Assembly (NCBI GenBank): GCA_024277355.1 | Contig: JAJRVL010000005.1 | Coordinates: forward strand, 76,870 to 108,869 | From: an archaeon | GTDB lineage: Archaea; Iainarchaeota; Iainarchaeia; Iainarchaeales; 1-14-0-10-31-34 | Length of the DNA stretch: 32,000 bases | Direction of reading: 5' to 3' | Shown here: one piece after another, positions 9,514 through 18,877 of the stretch | How the letters are laid out: every line of letters starts with the position of its first letter | Numbering within the stretch: position 1 is the first letter of the stretch | Program-made: the position numbers and the translations under genes | Notes under the pieces: generated by a model | Databases searched by the model: none | Told to the model about the DNA's origin: nothing | What the model saw: the letters and a program-made list of their open reading frames with translations, nothing else

Positions 9514-11238
9514 ATGATTTTAATGAAAGATTTTGTTAACTGGAAAATCGGCGGAGAAGCAGGATATGGAATTCTTTCTGTTGGCGTAATGTTTGGCAAG
9601 TTCTGTACAAGAAACGGATTATTTGCTTTTAATTCAAGTGAATTTCCTTCTTTAGTTAGAGGCGGGCATAACACAGTCCAGTTAATTGTAAAAAAAACTC
9701 CTGCTCTTTCTCAGTATTTTGAAGTTAATCTTTTAGTTGCATTAAATGCTGAAACAATTGAAAAGCATTTAAATGAATTAAGCTCTGATGCAGCAATAAT
9801 TTTTGACGGAAAAGAAATTGACATAAAAAAATATAAGACAAAAAAATCTCATGTATTAATTGATATTCCTTTAACTGAAATTGCAGTAAGGCATGGAAAA
9901 AAAATTATGAGGAATACGGTTTCTTTAGGGGCGTCAATTGCATTGCTTGGATTGGAATTTGATAAACTAGAACAATTAATCAAAGAAGCTTTTGCAGGAA
10001 AAAAAGATGCATTAATTCCAATTAATATTGCTGCAGCAAAAGAAGGATTTAATTTTATTAAAAACAGGAATATTAAATTTAATTATCAATTAAAAGAACA
10101 AAAACAAAAAAACCATATTTTCATTAATGCAAATGATGCTTTTTCTTTAGGTGCAGTTAAATCAGGATTAAAGTTTGTTGCAGAATATCCTATGACTCCT
10201 TCTTCTTCAATTCTTTCTTTTATGGCTGCGCATGAATTGCAGTATGATATTGTTGTAAAACAGACTGAAGATGAAATTGCGGCAATGAATATGATTATTG
10301 GAGGAGGTTTTGCTGGAGCAAGAAGTTTAACTGCAACTTCTGGCGGAGGATTTTCTTTAATGGTTGAAGCTTTAGGTTTAGCCGGAATGACTGAAACTCC
10401 TGCTGTTGTAGTTGAATCTCAAAGACCCGGTCCTTCAACAGGACTTCCAACAATGACTGAACAAGGAGACTTAATGTTTGCATTAAATGCTTCTCAAGGC
10501 GAATTTCCTAGAATGATTATTGCTCCAGGAGATGTAACTGAAGCATTTGAAGCAGGATTAAATTCATTTAATTTTGCAGAAAAATATCAATTATTAGTAT
10601 TAGTTTTACTGGATAAATATATTTCTGAAGGAAATACAACTGTAAAAGAATTTGATTACAGTAAATTCAAGATTAACAGAGGAAAACTTTTAACTAAAGC
10701 CCCAAAAAATTACTTAAGATATGCTTTTACTTCAGATGGAATTTCTCCAAGAGTTTTACCCGGAACTTTAGGAACAGTTTACAAAGCAAACGGAGATGAA
10801 CACAATGAAAAAGGAGTTTCAGATGAAAGCGAAGAAAACAGAATTAAAATGATGAATAAAAGAATGAAAAAATTAGATGTATTAAAAAAAGAACTGCCTG
10901 AACCAAAATTATACGGAGACAAAAACGCAAAAATTTCTTTGATTGCATGGGGTTCAACTAAAGGAATAATTCTTGAAGCAATAAATGAACTGCAAAAACA
11001 AAAAATAAAAGTTAATTTTTTGCATTATAATTATGTTTTTCCATTAAAAGAAAAAAAATTACTTGAATTAATAAAGAAATCAAAAAAAGTTTTATTAGTT
11101 GAAAATAATATGACTTCCCAGTTTGGAAAATTAATTGCACAAGAAACAGGAATTTTATTTAAAAACAAATTATTGAAATATACAGGAAGACAGTTTTATC
11201 CGCATGAAATTGTTAATGCAGTGAGGAAATTAAAATGA
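9514..11238 (+). CDS. korA: 2-oxoacid:ferredoxin oxidoreductase, fused gamma-alpha subunit
   Basis: 574 aa; GGEAGYGILSVGVMFGKFCTRNGL..., EYPMTPSSSILSFMA, TATSGGGFSLMVEALGLAGMTETPAVVVESQRPGPSTGLPT. Real start may be 9523. Substrate specificity not established. Confidence 0.88.
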   Translation: MILMKDFVNWKIGGEAGYGILSVGVMFGKFCTRNGLFAFNSSEFPSLVRGGHNTVQLIVKKTPALSQYFEVNLLVALNAETIEKHLNELSSDAAIIFDGKEIDIKKYKTKKSHVLIDIPLTEIAVRHGKKIMRNTVSLGASIALLGLEFDKLEQLIKEAFAGKKDALIPINIAAAKEGFNFIKNRNIKFNYQLKEQKQKNHIFINANDAFSLGAVKSGLKFVAEYPMTPSSSILSFMAAHELQYDIVVKQTEDEIAAMNMIIGGGFAGARSLTATSGGGFSLMVEALGLAGMTETPAVVVESQRPGPSTGLPTMTEQGDLMFALNASQGEFPRMIIAPGDVTEAFEAGLNSFNFAEKYQLLVLVLLDKYISEGNTTVKEFDYSKFKINRGKLLTKAPKNYLRYAFTSDGISPRVLPGTLGTVYKANGDEHNEKGVSDESEENRIKMMNKRMKKLDVLKKELPEPKLYGDKNAKISLIAWGSTKGIILEAINELQKQKIKVNFLHYNYVFPLKEKKLLELIKKSKKVLLVENNMTSQFGKLIAQETGILFKNKLLKYTGRQFYPHEIVNAVRKLK

Positions 11239-12092
11239 CTGAATTAAAAGACTTAAATACAAAAGAAATTCCAACCTGGTGTCCTGGTTGCGGAGACTTT
11301 ATGATTTTAGCTTCAATTAAAAAAGCTGTTGCAGACATGAACTTAAATCCAAGTGAAGTAGTAGTAGTTTCAGGAATTGGCTGTTCAGCAGGACTGCCGC
11401 ACTGGATTGAAACTTATGGTTTTCATTCAATTCACGGAAGAGCTATTCCTGTTGCAACAGGAATAAAATTAGCTAACCATGGATTAACTGTTATTGTTGT
11501 TTCAGGAGACGGAGACGGATATGGGATTGGATTAAATCATTTAATTCATGCAATGAGAAGAAATTTAGATATTACTTTTATTGGGCATAATAATCAAATT
11601 TACGGCTTAACTTTAGGGCAGACTTCTCCTACTTCAACTCAAGGAGCAAAAACTGTTTCAACTCCTCATGGTTCAATTGAAACTCCAATTAATCCTTTAT
11701 CTCTTGGATTAGCTTCTGGTGCAACTTTTGTTGCAAGAGGTTATGCAGGCAACACAACTCAATTAACTGATTTAATTGTTAAAGGAACTAAACACAGAGG
11801 TTTTGCTTTAATTGACGTATTTCAGCCTTGTGTTACATGGAATAAAATTAATACTTTTGATTTTTTCAAGCAAAGAGTTTATGATTTAAATTCAGAAAAA
11901 TTTAATACTTCTGATTTAAATGCAGCTTTTTCGAGATGCCAGGAATTAGGTGAAAGAATTCCAACAGGATTATTTTATCAGACAGAAACAGACACTTATT
12001 CTGATGACTTACCTCAACTAAAAGAAAAACCTTTAGTAAAACAAAACATAACTAATGTTGATATTAAATCTGTACTGAACAAATACAAATAA
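11235..12092 (+). CDS. korB: 2-oxoacid:ferredoxin oxidoreductase, beta subunit
   Basis: 285 aa; WCPGCGDFMILASIKKA, GIGCSAGLPHWIETYGFHSIHGRAIPVATG, GDGDGYGIG.NH; ATGA overlap with the alpha gene. Confidence 0.9.
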   Translation: MTELKDLNTKEIPTWCPGCGDFMILASIKKAVADMNLNPSEVVVVSGIGCSAGLPHWIETYGFHSIHGRAIPVATGIKLANHGLTVIVVSGDGDGYGIGLNHLIHAMRRNLDITFIGHNNQIYGLTLGQTSPTSTQGAKTVSTPHGSIETPINPLSLGLASGATFVARGYAGNTTQLTDLIVKGTKHRGFALIDVFQPCVTWNKINTFDFFKQRVYDLNSEKFNTSDLNAAFSRCQELGERIPTGLFYQTETDTYSDDLPQLKEKPLVKQNITNVDIKSVLNKYK

Positions 12093-12150
12093 AACCTTTT
12101 TAGAAAAAAGGTTTATCAAAAAGCAAGGGATAAATCCCTCTTAAACTTTT
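12092..12150. terminator. Candidate intergenic stem-loops between convergent genes
   Basis: AAACCTTTTT-AGA-AAAAAGGTTT at 12092-12114 (10-bp arms), followed by AGGGAT-AA-ATCCCT, then a T-rich run. Confidence 0.45.
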
Positions 12151-12169
12151 TTAGGAGAAATCCAAACAA

Positions 12170-12742
12170 TCAGATTACTTTAATCAATTCAAATAAGTAA
12201 ATGATTATTCCTACTAGTATTCCTGCACCGATCATTTCTATTCCATGAATTATGTGTTTTTCTTTTGCTATTTCTCCAATAAAATAACCTAAAGCAAATA
12301 ATGCAATTATAATTAATCCAATGGAAGAATAATATGCAGTCATTTTGTCAATTAAATTTAGTTGAGCTAAAAAAAACGGGATAATTAAAATAAATGAAAC
12401 AATAGTTGAACTTAAACCATTAGCTAAACCCATTGCTAAACTCATTTTTTTGTATTGTGTTTCAATTTGAGTTTTACTTAAATCTCTAAGCAAATGTTTT
12501 TCTAATTCTTTTAAATTTCTTTTTCGTTCAGCTTTTTCTGCAGAATAACCGCCCCAGATTCCTGAAACGCCTGTTGCAATAATCACTCCAATAGAAGAAA
12601 TAATAACAATTCTTGATTCCATTGCTCCTGCAACTAACATTGCAATAACTATTCCTAAAATAGTTAATACTCCGTCAAAAGAATTCATTACAATATAACG
12701 CCTAATTATATCGTTTTTTTTAATTAATTCCAGGAAAATCAT
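12170..12742 (-). CDS. VIT1/CCC1-like (TIGR00267-type) membrane protein
   Basis: 190 aa; IVMNSFDGVLTILGIVIAM..., GIWGGYSAEKAERKR... Confidence 0.72.
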   Translation of the reverse strand: MIFLELIKKNDIIRRYIVMNSFDGVLTILGIVIAMLVAGAMESRIVIISSIGVIIATGVSGIWGGYSAEKAERKRNLKELEKHLLRDLSKTQIETQYKKMSLAMGLANGLSSTIVSFILIIPFFLAQLNLIDKMTAYYSSIGLIIIALFALGYFIGEIAKEKHIIHGIEMIGAGILVGIIIYLFELIKVI

Positions 12743-12758
12743 TTTTTTTCACTCAGAA

Positions 12759-13085
12759 TTATTTTGTTATTTCCTGTGTATTAACTTTTGGGACGTCAAT
12801 TACTTTTTTCTTTCCAACAATTACTTTGTCTATTGAATGAATTACTGCGCCGTAAGTGTCAATTATTTTCTGGACTTCATCAAAGTCAATGTTGTCTCCT
12901 TCTAATGCTGCCTTAATTGATTCAGTTTTTTCATCTATTGCATAAACTGTAATATTTGCAGTCTGAACTGACTTAACTTTGCATAACGCCTGTCCTAATT
13001 CAACTATTGTTGGTTTATGAGGTTTTAGTACGTCAACTTCCACTACTTTGATTTTTTGTTTAGCTGATTCTTTTTCTGTCATCAA
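12759..13085 (-). CDS. DUF211-family archaeal protein
   Basis: VVEVDVLKPHKPTIVELGQALCKVKSVQTANITVYAIDEKTESIKAALEGDNIDFDEVQKIIDTYGAVIHSIDKVIVGK. Confidence 0.85.
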   Translation of the reverse strand: MMTEKESAKQKIKVVEVDVLKPHKPTIVELGQALCKVKSVQTANITVYAIDEKTESIKAALEGDNIDFDEVQKIIDTYGAVIHSIDKVIVGKKKVIDVPKVNTQEITK

Positions 13086-13133
13086 ATAATAACACTGTTG
13101 AACTTAAAAAAACTTTTCTTTTCTTTTTTTCTT

Positions 13134-14198
13134 ATGAATAAAATAAAAATAGACTTAGTTTTTCTTCCTTCAGAAGCAACAGGTCAAACAATTTATTCAG
13201 AAAACCTTTCAAAAAAATTAACTAATTTAACTGACTTGAAATTAATCAACCCAAATGAAATTTTTTTATTTAAATTAACCAACCATTTCAATAATTCTTT
13301 AGCATTAAAACTGCTTCCTTTTTTAATTCAAAACAAAATCAGAAAACAAAGTGTTGTCCATATTACAAACCAAGAACTTTTTTTTCTTATTCCTTCAATT
13401 AAAAACAAATTAATTATTACTTTATGTGATTTAAGTTTGTATTCTTATTACAAAATCTGGAAAAAAAAAGATGTTTTCTTGTTTGATAAAGCAGAAAAAA
13501 TAATCTGTATTTCTAATTCAACTAAAAATGAACTACTGAAAAAATTTTCTTTATTTGAAAAAAAAGCTGAAGTAATTTATTTAGCATCAGAAGAAATAAA
13601 GAAAAGCAGCAAGGATGTAAGAAAAAAATACAATTTAGGAAAAAACAAAATCATTTTGTTTGTTGGAAGCGATGACCCTAAAAAAAACTTTTCTTTTTTG
13701 CTAAAAGCTTTTTCTGAATTAAAAAAAGAAAATTTAGTTTTAGTTAAAGCAGGAATTCCCTGGAGTACGCAAAAAAATCAAAGAAAAAAATTTAAAGAAT
13801 TTATTGAAAAAAACAACCTGCAAAACAAAGTGAAGTTTTTGGATTTAATTCCAAGACAGGATTTAATTAACCTTTACTTTGAATCTTTTGTTTATGTCTG
13901 CCCTTCATACTACGAAGGTTTTGGATTGACTTTACTTGAAGCAATGTCTGCTGGAATTCCGGTTATTTCAGCTAATAACACTTCTTTGCCTGAAGTTGCA
14001 GGAAATTCAGGTTTATTTTTTAATGCAGACAACTATAAAGAATTAAAAGGAGAATTAGAATTAATTTTATCAAAAGAAAAATTAAGAAAAGATTTAATTC
14101 AAAAAGGATTTCAAAACATTAAAAGATTTAACTGGAATAAAACTGCAAAAGAAACTTTTGAAGTTTATAGAGATGTGTTAAATGAAAATAAAAATTAA
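13134..14198 (+). CDS. Group 1 (GT4-like) glycosyltransferase
   Basis: LFVGSDDPKKNFSFLLKAF..., VYVCPSYYEGFGLTLLEAMSAGIPVISANNTSLPEVAGNSGLFF. Start taken at 13134 (track 13098). Confidence 0.9.
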   Translation: MNKIKIDLVFLPSEATGQTIYSENLSKKLTNLTDLKLINPNEIFLFKLTNHFNNSLALKLLPFLIQNKIRKQSVVHITNQELFFLIPSIKNKLIITLCDLSLYSYYKIWKKKDVFLFDKAEKIICISNSTKNELLKKFSLFEKKAEVIYLASEEIKKSSKDVRKKYNLGKNKIILFVGSDDPKKNFSFLLKAFSELKKENLVLVKAGIPWSTQKNQRKKFKEFIEKNNLQNKVKFLDLIPRQDLINLYFESFVYVCPSYYEGFGLTLLEAMSAGIPVISANNTSLPEVAGNSGLFFNADNYKELKGELELILSKEKLRKDLIQKGFQNIKRFNWNKTAKETFEVYRDVLNENKN

Positions 14199-14859
14199 TG
14201 AAATGTTTTATGATGTTTTGCAAAGATTAGGGCGGAAAATAAAACCACCTGAATTTATCAGACAACATAATGAGTTCATTGAATTATTTAATAAAATTAA
14301 ATCTAATGCGTTATTAAGTATTGAAAGAGCTTTTTTTTTGTTTCAGTTTTCAAAACAAGTTTCAACTTTGCAGGGAGAAGTAGCTGAAATAGGAGTTTAC
14401 AGAGGAGGCGGAGCAAGAATTTTAGCTGAAGTTTTTAAGTCAAAGCAAATTCATTTATTTGATACTTTTGAAGGCATGCCTGAAGTAGATAAAAAAGAAG
14501 ATAATACTGAATACCAAAAAAAAGGATTATATAATGATACAAGTTTAAGTTTAGTTAAAAATTTTTTAAGTGAATTCAATAACATTAAATTCTATAAAGG
14601 CCTATTTCCTGAAACAGCTGATTCAGTAAAAAACAAAAAATTTTGTTTTGTTCATATTGACACAGACATTTATCAAAGCACTAAAGCCTGTTTAGAATTC
14701 TTTTATCCTAAAATGGTTTTAGGAGGAGTAATAATTTGTGATGACTTTAAATCTCCTGAATGCAAAGGAGTAGAAAAAGCAGTTGAAGATTTTCTAAAAA
14801 ACAAAAAAGAATTTCCAATTAATACTACTCAATTTCAATGTGCAATAATTAAATTATAA
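14182..14859 (+). CDS. TylF/MycF-like methyltransferase
   Basis: GEVAEIGVYRGGGARILAEVF..., LFDTFEGMPEVDKKEDN, FVHIDTDIYQSTKACLEFFYPKMVLGGVIICDDF. Confidence 0.85.
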   Translation: MKIKINEMFYDVLQRLGRKIKPPEFIRQHNEFIELFNKIKSNALLSIERAFFLFQFSKQVSTLQGEVAEIGVYRGGGARILAEVFKSKQIHLFDTFEGMPEVDKKEDNTEYQKKGLYNDTSLSLVKNFLSEFNNIKFYKGLFPETADSVKNKKFCFVHIDTDIYQSTKACLEFFYPKMVLGGVIICDDFKSPECKGVEKAVEDFLKNKKEFPINTTQFQCAIIKL

Positions 14860-14888
14860 AAAAAGAAAAAGAAGAAAATTGCTGTATA

Positions 14889-16877
14889 TTATCTTTCATA
14901 ATTGTTTTCTTTTGTTTCTGCAATAACTAATTTTTTTATCAGGCTTAAGTCATTTAAAGAGTTAGCTAAAATTTTGTTGTTTGAAATTGTATATAATACA
15001 TCTTCAATAAACAAACTTCTTTTGACTTCGTTTCCTCCTGAATAATAATAGTAACCTGATTTTTTTGCTGCTTGATTGTCATCTTCATGAGTTATTGTTC
15101 CTTTTAATTCAAATCCATTTTCTAAAGACAAATTATAAACAAATGCTCCCTGAAAAACAAATTCTCCATAAGGAACTCCCCAGTTTCTTCCATTATTTTC
15201 ATATGCTTGTTTTTGTTCTTCTGAAATTTCTGCTAATCTTACAGGAATAACTAAAAGGTTTTTTTCTTTGTTATACAAGAAAGCTTTATGGTCTTGTAAT
15301 GCATAAGAGTCTGTTCCTCTGTCTCCAATAATTTCTTTATACATTTCTTTTGGATGTTCTACATCTGACACATCAAATACTGCTATTTTAATTCCCTGAT
15401 ACCAAGCAAAATCTCCTTGTTCTGCTTCAATTGTATCTTTTCCTATTCCAATTAAATGAGTTTCATCTATTGGATGCAAGTAATCAGAATAACCCGGAAT
15501 TTTTAGTTTACCTAAAACTTTTGGTTTTTCTGGATTACTTAAATCAATTACAAACAATGGATCAACTTTTTTGAATGTAACCAAATAACCTTTTTTGCCC
15601 ATAAATCTAGCTGAATAAATTTTTTCTCCTGGAGCTAAATCTTCTAATTTTCCTTTCATTTTCAGGTCTTCTCCAAAAATATAAATATTGTTTTTGCTTG
15701 TTCCTCCGCCTCTTGAAATATGGCCAGTTGTTGTTGCAATCCTGAAATTCTTTTCAAACTCATCCATTGAAAACTGATTTAAGATTGTTCCAGGAGCATT
15801 CATTACACCTAAATAACCAATTTTTCCTTTATTCAAAGAAAACTTATGAATTGAAGTTTCCTGAGTGTTTTCCGGAACAGTTACTTTTACTTTTGTTGCT
15901 GTTTCAACTGCTGTTGCAATTAAAGGAATTATATTTGAATTATATTGTGTTTGAGCTAAATACAAATTTTCTGTTGAAGCATAAATGTTTTGAGCTGAAC
16001 CCACAACAGTTTCTTTTTTTATTTCTGAATCAAATGAATCCATTGAAAAAGAAGCAATTGTAACAAAACTTTCTGCATTAACCGGCGTTAAATAACCAAT
16101 ATTTCCGCATTTAGCTATTTCTTTCAGTTCATTGTTTTCTTTTGTATCAGAATATAAAGGAATTATTCCTTTTCCGTCTTTTTCTAATGTATAATAATCT
16201 GGATAACTGTTAATTACAAAATAAACTTGTTCATTTATTTTTCTTGAATTTAAATAACTTCCTTCAAATTCAATTGTTCTTTTAATTTCTGGTTTCTTCT
16301 TGTTTTCTGCATCAATCAATAAAATTACTGCAAAATTTTTCCTGTAATTAGGATAAGGATAAATTTCACTTTTTGCAATTCCTTGGTTTTCTTCTTCAAA
16401 AGTTTTTATTTCTTTATAAGTATTCCCAAAAACTAAAATATTGTTTCCGTGAAAAAATATTTCTTTAGGATTAATTCCTAAATTTATTTTAGATAAAATT
16501 TCTGCTGTTTCAGCAGGAAAAGCTTCTGCTATAACTAAATTTTTATTTGATAAAGTGTAAATGTATTTCCCATCTGTTTTAACAAAATCTGCTTCATCCA
16601 CTCCTTTTACCTGCACGTTTGTTTCTGAATAATTTGCTGAACCAACACCTGCATTTTCTGCTGTTGATTTTGCAGCCATTGGCATTGCAACTGAAAGCAT
16701 ATCATACTCCATTCCATACCCTCTTGATTGTGAAGCTTTAAAAGTTTCTTTTATTTCAGTACAAGAACTAAATTTTGGAATTTCTTTTGCTGTAACATTT
16801 GCAGGAGACTTAACACAACCTGCAATAAATAAACTTAAAACAATTAATGAAATTAAAAAAACTTTTCCATAATTCAC
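14889..16877 (-). CDS. Secreted/lipoprotein with C-terminal-type beta-propeller domain
   Basis: Signal plus lipobox (LIVLSLFIAGCVKSP), GVDEADFVKTDGKYIYTLSNKNLVI..., HPIDETHLIGIGKD; typical archaeal beta-propeller family. Confidence 0.82.
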   Translation of the reverse strand: MNYGKVFLISLIVLSLFIAGCVKSPANVTAKEIPKFSSCTEIKETFKASQSRGYGMEYDMLSVAMPMAAKSTAENAGVGSANYSETNVQVKGVDEADFVKTDGKYIYTLSNKNLVIAEAFPAETAEILSKINLGINPKEIFFHGNNILVFGNTYKEIKTFEEENQGIAKSEIYPYPNYRKNFAVILLIDAENKKKPEIKRTIEFEGSYLNSRKINEQVYFVINSYPDYYTLEKDGKGIIPLYSDTKENNELKEIAKCGNIGYLTPVNAESFVTIASFSMDSFDSEIKKETVVGSAQNIYASTENLYLAQTQYNSNIIPLIATAVETATKVKVTVPENTQETSIHKFSLNKGKIGYLGVMNAPGTILNQFSMDEFEKNFRIATTTGHISRGGGTSKNNIYIFGEDLKMKGKLEDLAPGEKIYSARFMGKKGYLVTFKKVDPLFVIDLSNPEKPKVLGKLKIPGYSDYLHPIDETHLIGIGKDTIEAEQGDFAWYQGIKIAVFDVSDVEHPKEMYKEIIGDRGTDSYALQDHKAFLYNKEKNLLVIPVRLAEISEEQKQAYENNGRNWGVPYGEFVFQGAFVYNLSLENGFELKGTITHEDDNQAAKKSGYYYYSGGNEVKRSLFIEDVLYTISNNKILANSLNDLSLIKKLVIAETKENNYER

Positions 16878-16961
16878 TTACATCACCGTCAATATTAGTG
16901 ATTATTCTTTTTAATAAGCCTTAATGTTTTTATAAGGAAAAAAGCTAATTTAAAATCAGAG

Positions 16962-17942
16962 TTATTTTTTATTTTCTAATACTTCTTTAACTGCTTTAAT
17001 TATGTTTTTTGAAGTGCAACCAAATTTTTCTAGTAATTCTTCTGGTTCGCCTGACTCTCCAAATCTATTCTGTATTCCGACAAATTTTATAGGAACAGGA
17101 AATTCTTCGCTTAAAACTTCTGCTACTGCTGAACCCATTCCGCCCTGAATTTGATGTTCTTCTGCTGTAACAACTGCTTTAGTTTCTTTTGCAGCCATAA
17201 CTAAAGTTTCTCTGTCAATAGGCTTAATTGTATGGTTATTAATTACTGTTGCTTCAATTCCTTCTTTGTTTAATTCTTCTGCTGCAACTAAAGCTTCAAA
17301 AACCATTATTCCACACGCAACAATAGTTACATCTTTTCCTTTTCTATAAACTTCTGCTTTTCCGATTTCAAAAGGAGTTTTTTCTGTTGTAATTGTTGGA
17401 ACTTTTTCTCTTCCAAATCTTAAATAAACTGGTCCTTTTAATTCTCCTGCTTTAATTGTTGCTTTTTCTCCTTCAACTGCATCACAGGGAACTAAAACAA
17501 TTAAATTTGGAATACATCTTGTAATTGCAATATCTTCTAACGCTTGGTGGGTTGCTCCGTCAGGACCAACACTTATTCCTGCATGTGCTCCCTGAATTTT
17601 AACGTTTTCCTGTGAATAACATACACTAACTCTTATTTGATCCCAGTTTCTTCCAGGACTAAAAACAGCATAAGAACTGACAAAAGGAATTTTTCCTTCT
17701 GAAGACATTCCTGCAGCAATACTTATCATATTTTGTTCTGCTACTCCAACTTCAATAAATCTTTCAGGAAACTTTTCTCTAAACCATCCAACTCTGGTTG
17801 AATCAGTTAAATCACAGCATAAAGCAACAATATCTTTATTTTTTTCTCCTAATTTAACTAACCCATGTCCATATCCATTTCTGCTTGGAATTCCTTTTGC
17901 TTTATGAATGTTTTCAATTAAATGCATTTCAGGATTAATCAT
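16962..17942 (-). CDS. Transketolase, C-terminal subunit
   Basis: 326 aa; RNGYGHGLVKLGEKNKDIVALCCDLTDSTR..., ERFIEVGVAEQNMISIAAGMS..., GPVYLRFGREK. Confidence 0.92.
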   Translation of the reverse strand: MINPEMHLIENIHKAKGIPSRNGYGHGLVKLGEKNKDIVALCCDLTDSTRVGWFREKFPERFIEVGVAEQNMISIAAGMSSEGKIPFVSSYAVFSPGRNWDQIRVSVCYSQENVKIQGAHAGISVGPDGATHQALEDIAITRCIPNLIVLVPCDAVEGEKATIKAGELKGPVYLRFGREKVPTITTEKTPFEIGKAEVYRKGKDVTIVACGIMVFEALVAAEELNKEGIEATVINNHTIKPIDRETLVMAAKETKAVVTAEEHQIQGGMGSAVAEVLSEEFPVPIKFVGIQNRFGESGEPEELLEKFGCTSKNIIKAVKEVLENKK

Positions 17943-18791
17943 TTATTCACCTTTAATTTTTTCTTCAAGTTTATTTAATTCTATTAAAGCTTTTTCTTTT
18001 TCTTCTAAATTTGGTGCTTTTCCATGCCATTCAGCTTTTCCTTCCATAAAAGAAATATCTTTGCCAGGAACTGTATTTGCAATAATGCAGACTGGTTTGT
18101 CTTTCAGTGTTTTTGCTTTTTCAAATCCATCCAATAATTCTTGAATATTGTTTCCATTTAATTCAATTACATGAAAATTAAATGACTCAAATTTTTTATT
18201 TAAAGGATCTAAAGGCATTACTTGTTCTGTGTTTCCGTCAATCTGAATAAAATTTCTGTCAATTAATACAATTAAATTATCTAATTTGTTTTTTGCTGCA
18301 AACATAAATGCTTCCCATGGCTGACCTTCATTTATTTCTCCGTCCCCCATTAAACAAAAAACTTTGAAGTCTTTTTTATTCATTTTTGCAGTTAAAGCAA
18401 CTCCTGCTGCAAAAGAAATTCCCTGTCCTAAAGGGCCGGCAGTATTTTCTATTCCAGGCAAAGCCAAATTATGAGGATGTCCTTGCAGTCTTGTTCCTAA
18501 TTTTCTTAAAGTCTTTAATTCTTCTTTTGGAAAAAATCCTGCTTTACTCATAGCAGCATATCTTACAGGAACAACATGGCCGTGAGACAAAATTAATCTG
18601 TCTCTTTCATTCCATTCAGGTTTTTTGGAATTATATTTCATTGTATTAAAATATAATACAGTAAAAATATCTGCCATTCCAATTGAACCAGCTGAATGAC
18701 CTGATTTAGCTTCAGTTAACATTTCAATTATGTCTTTTCTTATTTCATTAGCTTTTAATTTTAATTCCTTTAAATCAGTTATTTTTTCCAT
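17943..18791 (-). CDS. Transketolase, N-terminal subunit
   Basis: SGHSAGSIGMADIFTVLYF..., RDRLILSHGHVVPVRYAAM, GPLGQGISFAAGVALTAKM, CLMGDGEINEGQPWEAFMFA. Start taken at 18791. Confidence 0.92.
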   Translation of the reverse strand: MEKITDLKELKLKANEIRKDIIEMLTEAKSGHSAGSIGMADIFTVLYFNTMKYNSKKPEWNERDRLILSHGHVVPVRYAAMSKAGFFPKEELKTLRKLGTRLQGHPHNLALPGIENTAGPLGQGISFAAGVALTAKMNKKDFKVFCLMGDGEINEGQPWEAFMFAAKNKLDNLIVLIDRNFIQIDGNTEQVMPLDPLNKKFESFNFHVIELNGNNIQELLDGFEKAKTLKDKPVCIIANTVPGKDISFMEGKAEWHGKAPNLEEKEKALIELNKLEEKIKGE

Positions 18792-18877
18792 CTTTTCACG
18801 TAAAAACAATAGGTAGAGAGTTAATTCAATTTAAAGCCAAAAAAGCTTTTAAATGTATTTCATAATTTTTATGAAAT

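Noticed and set aside
15065-16063. Plus-strand ORFs inside the beta-propeller gene, and similar ORFs inside transketolase, korA, nrdA and sufC
   Set aside because: Antisense or embedded frames with low-complexity translations; the host genes are clearly real.
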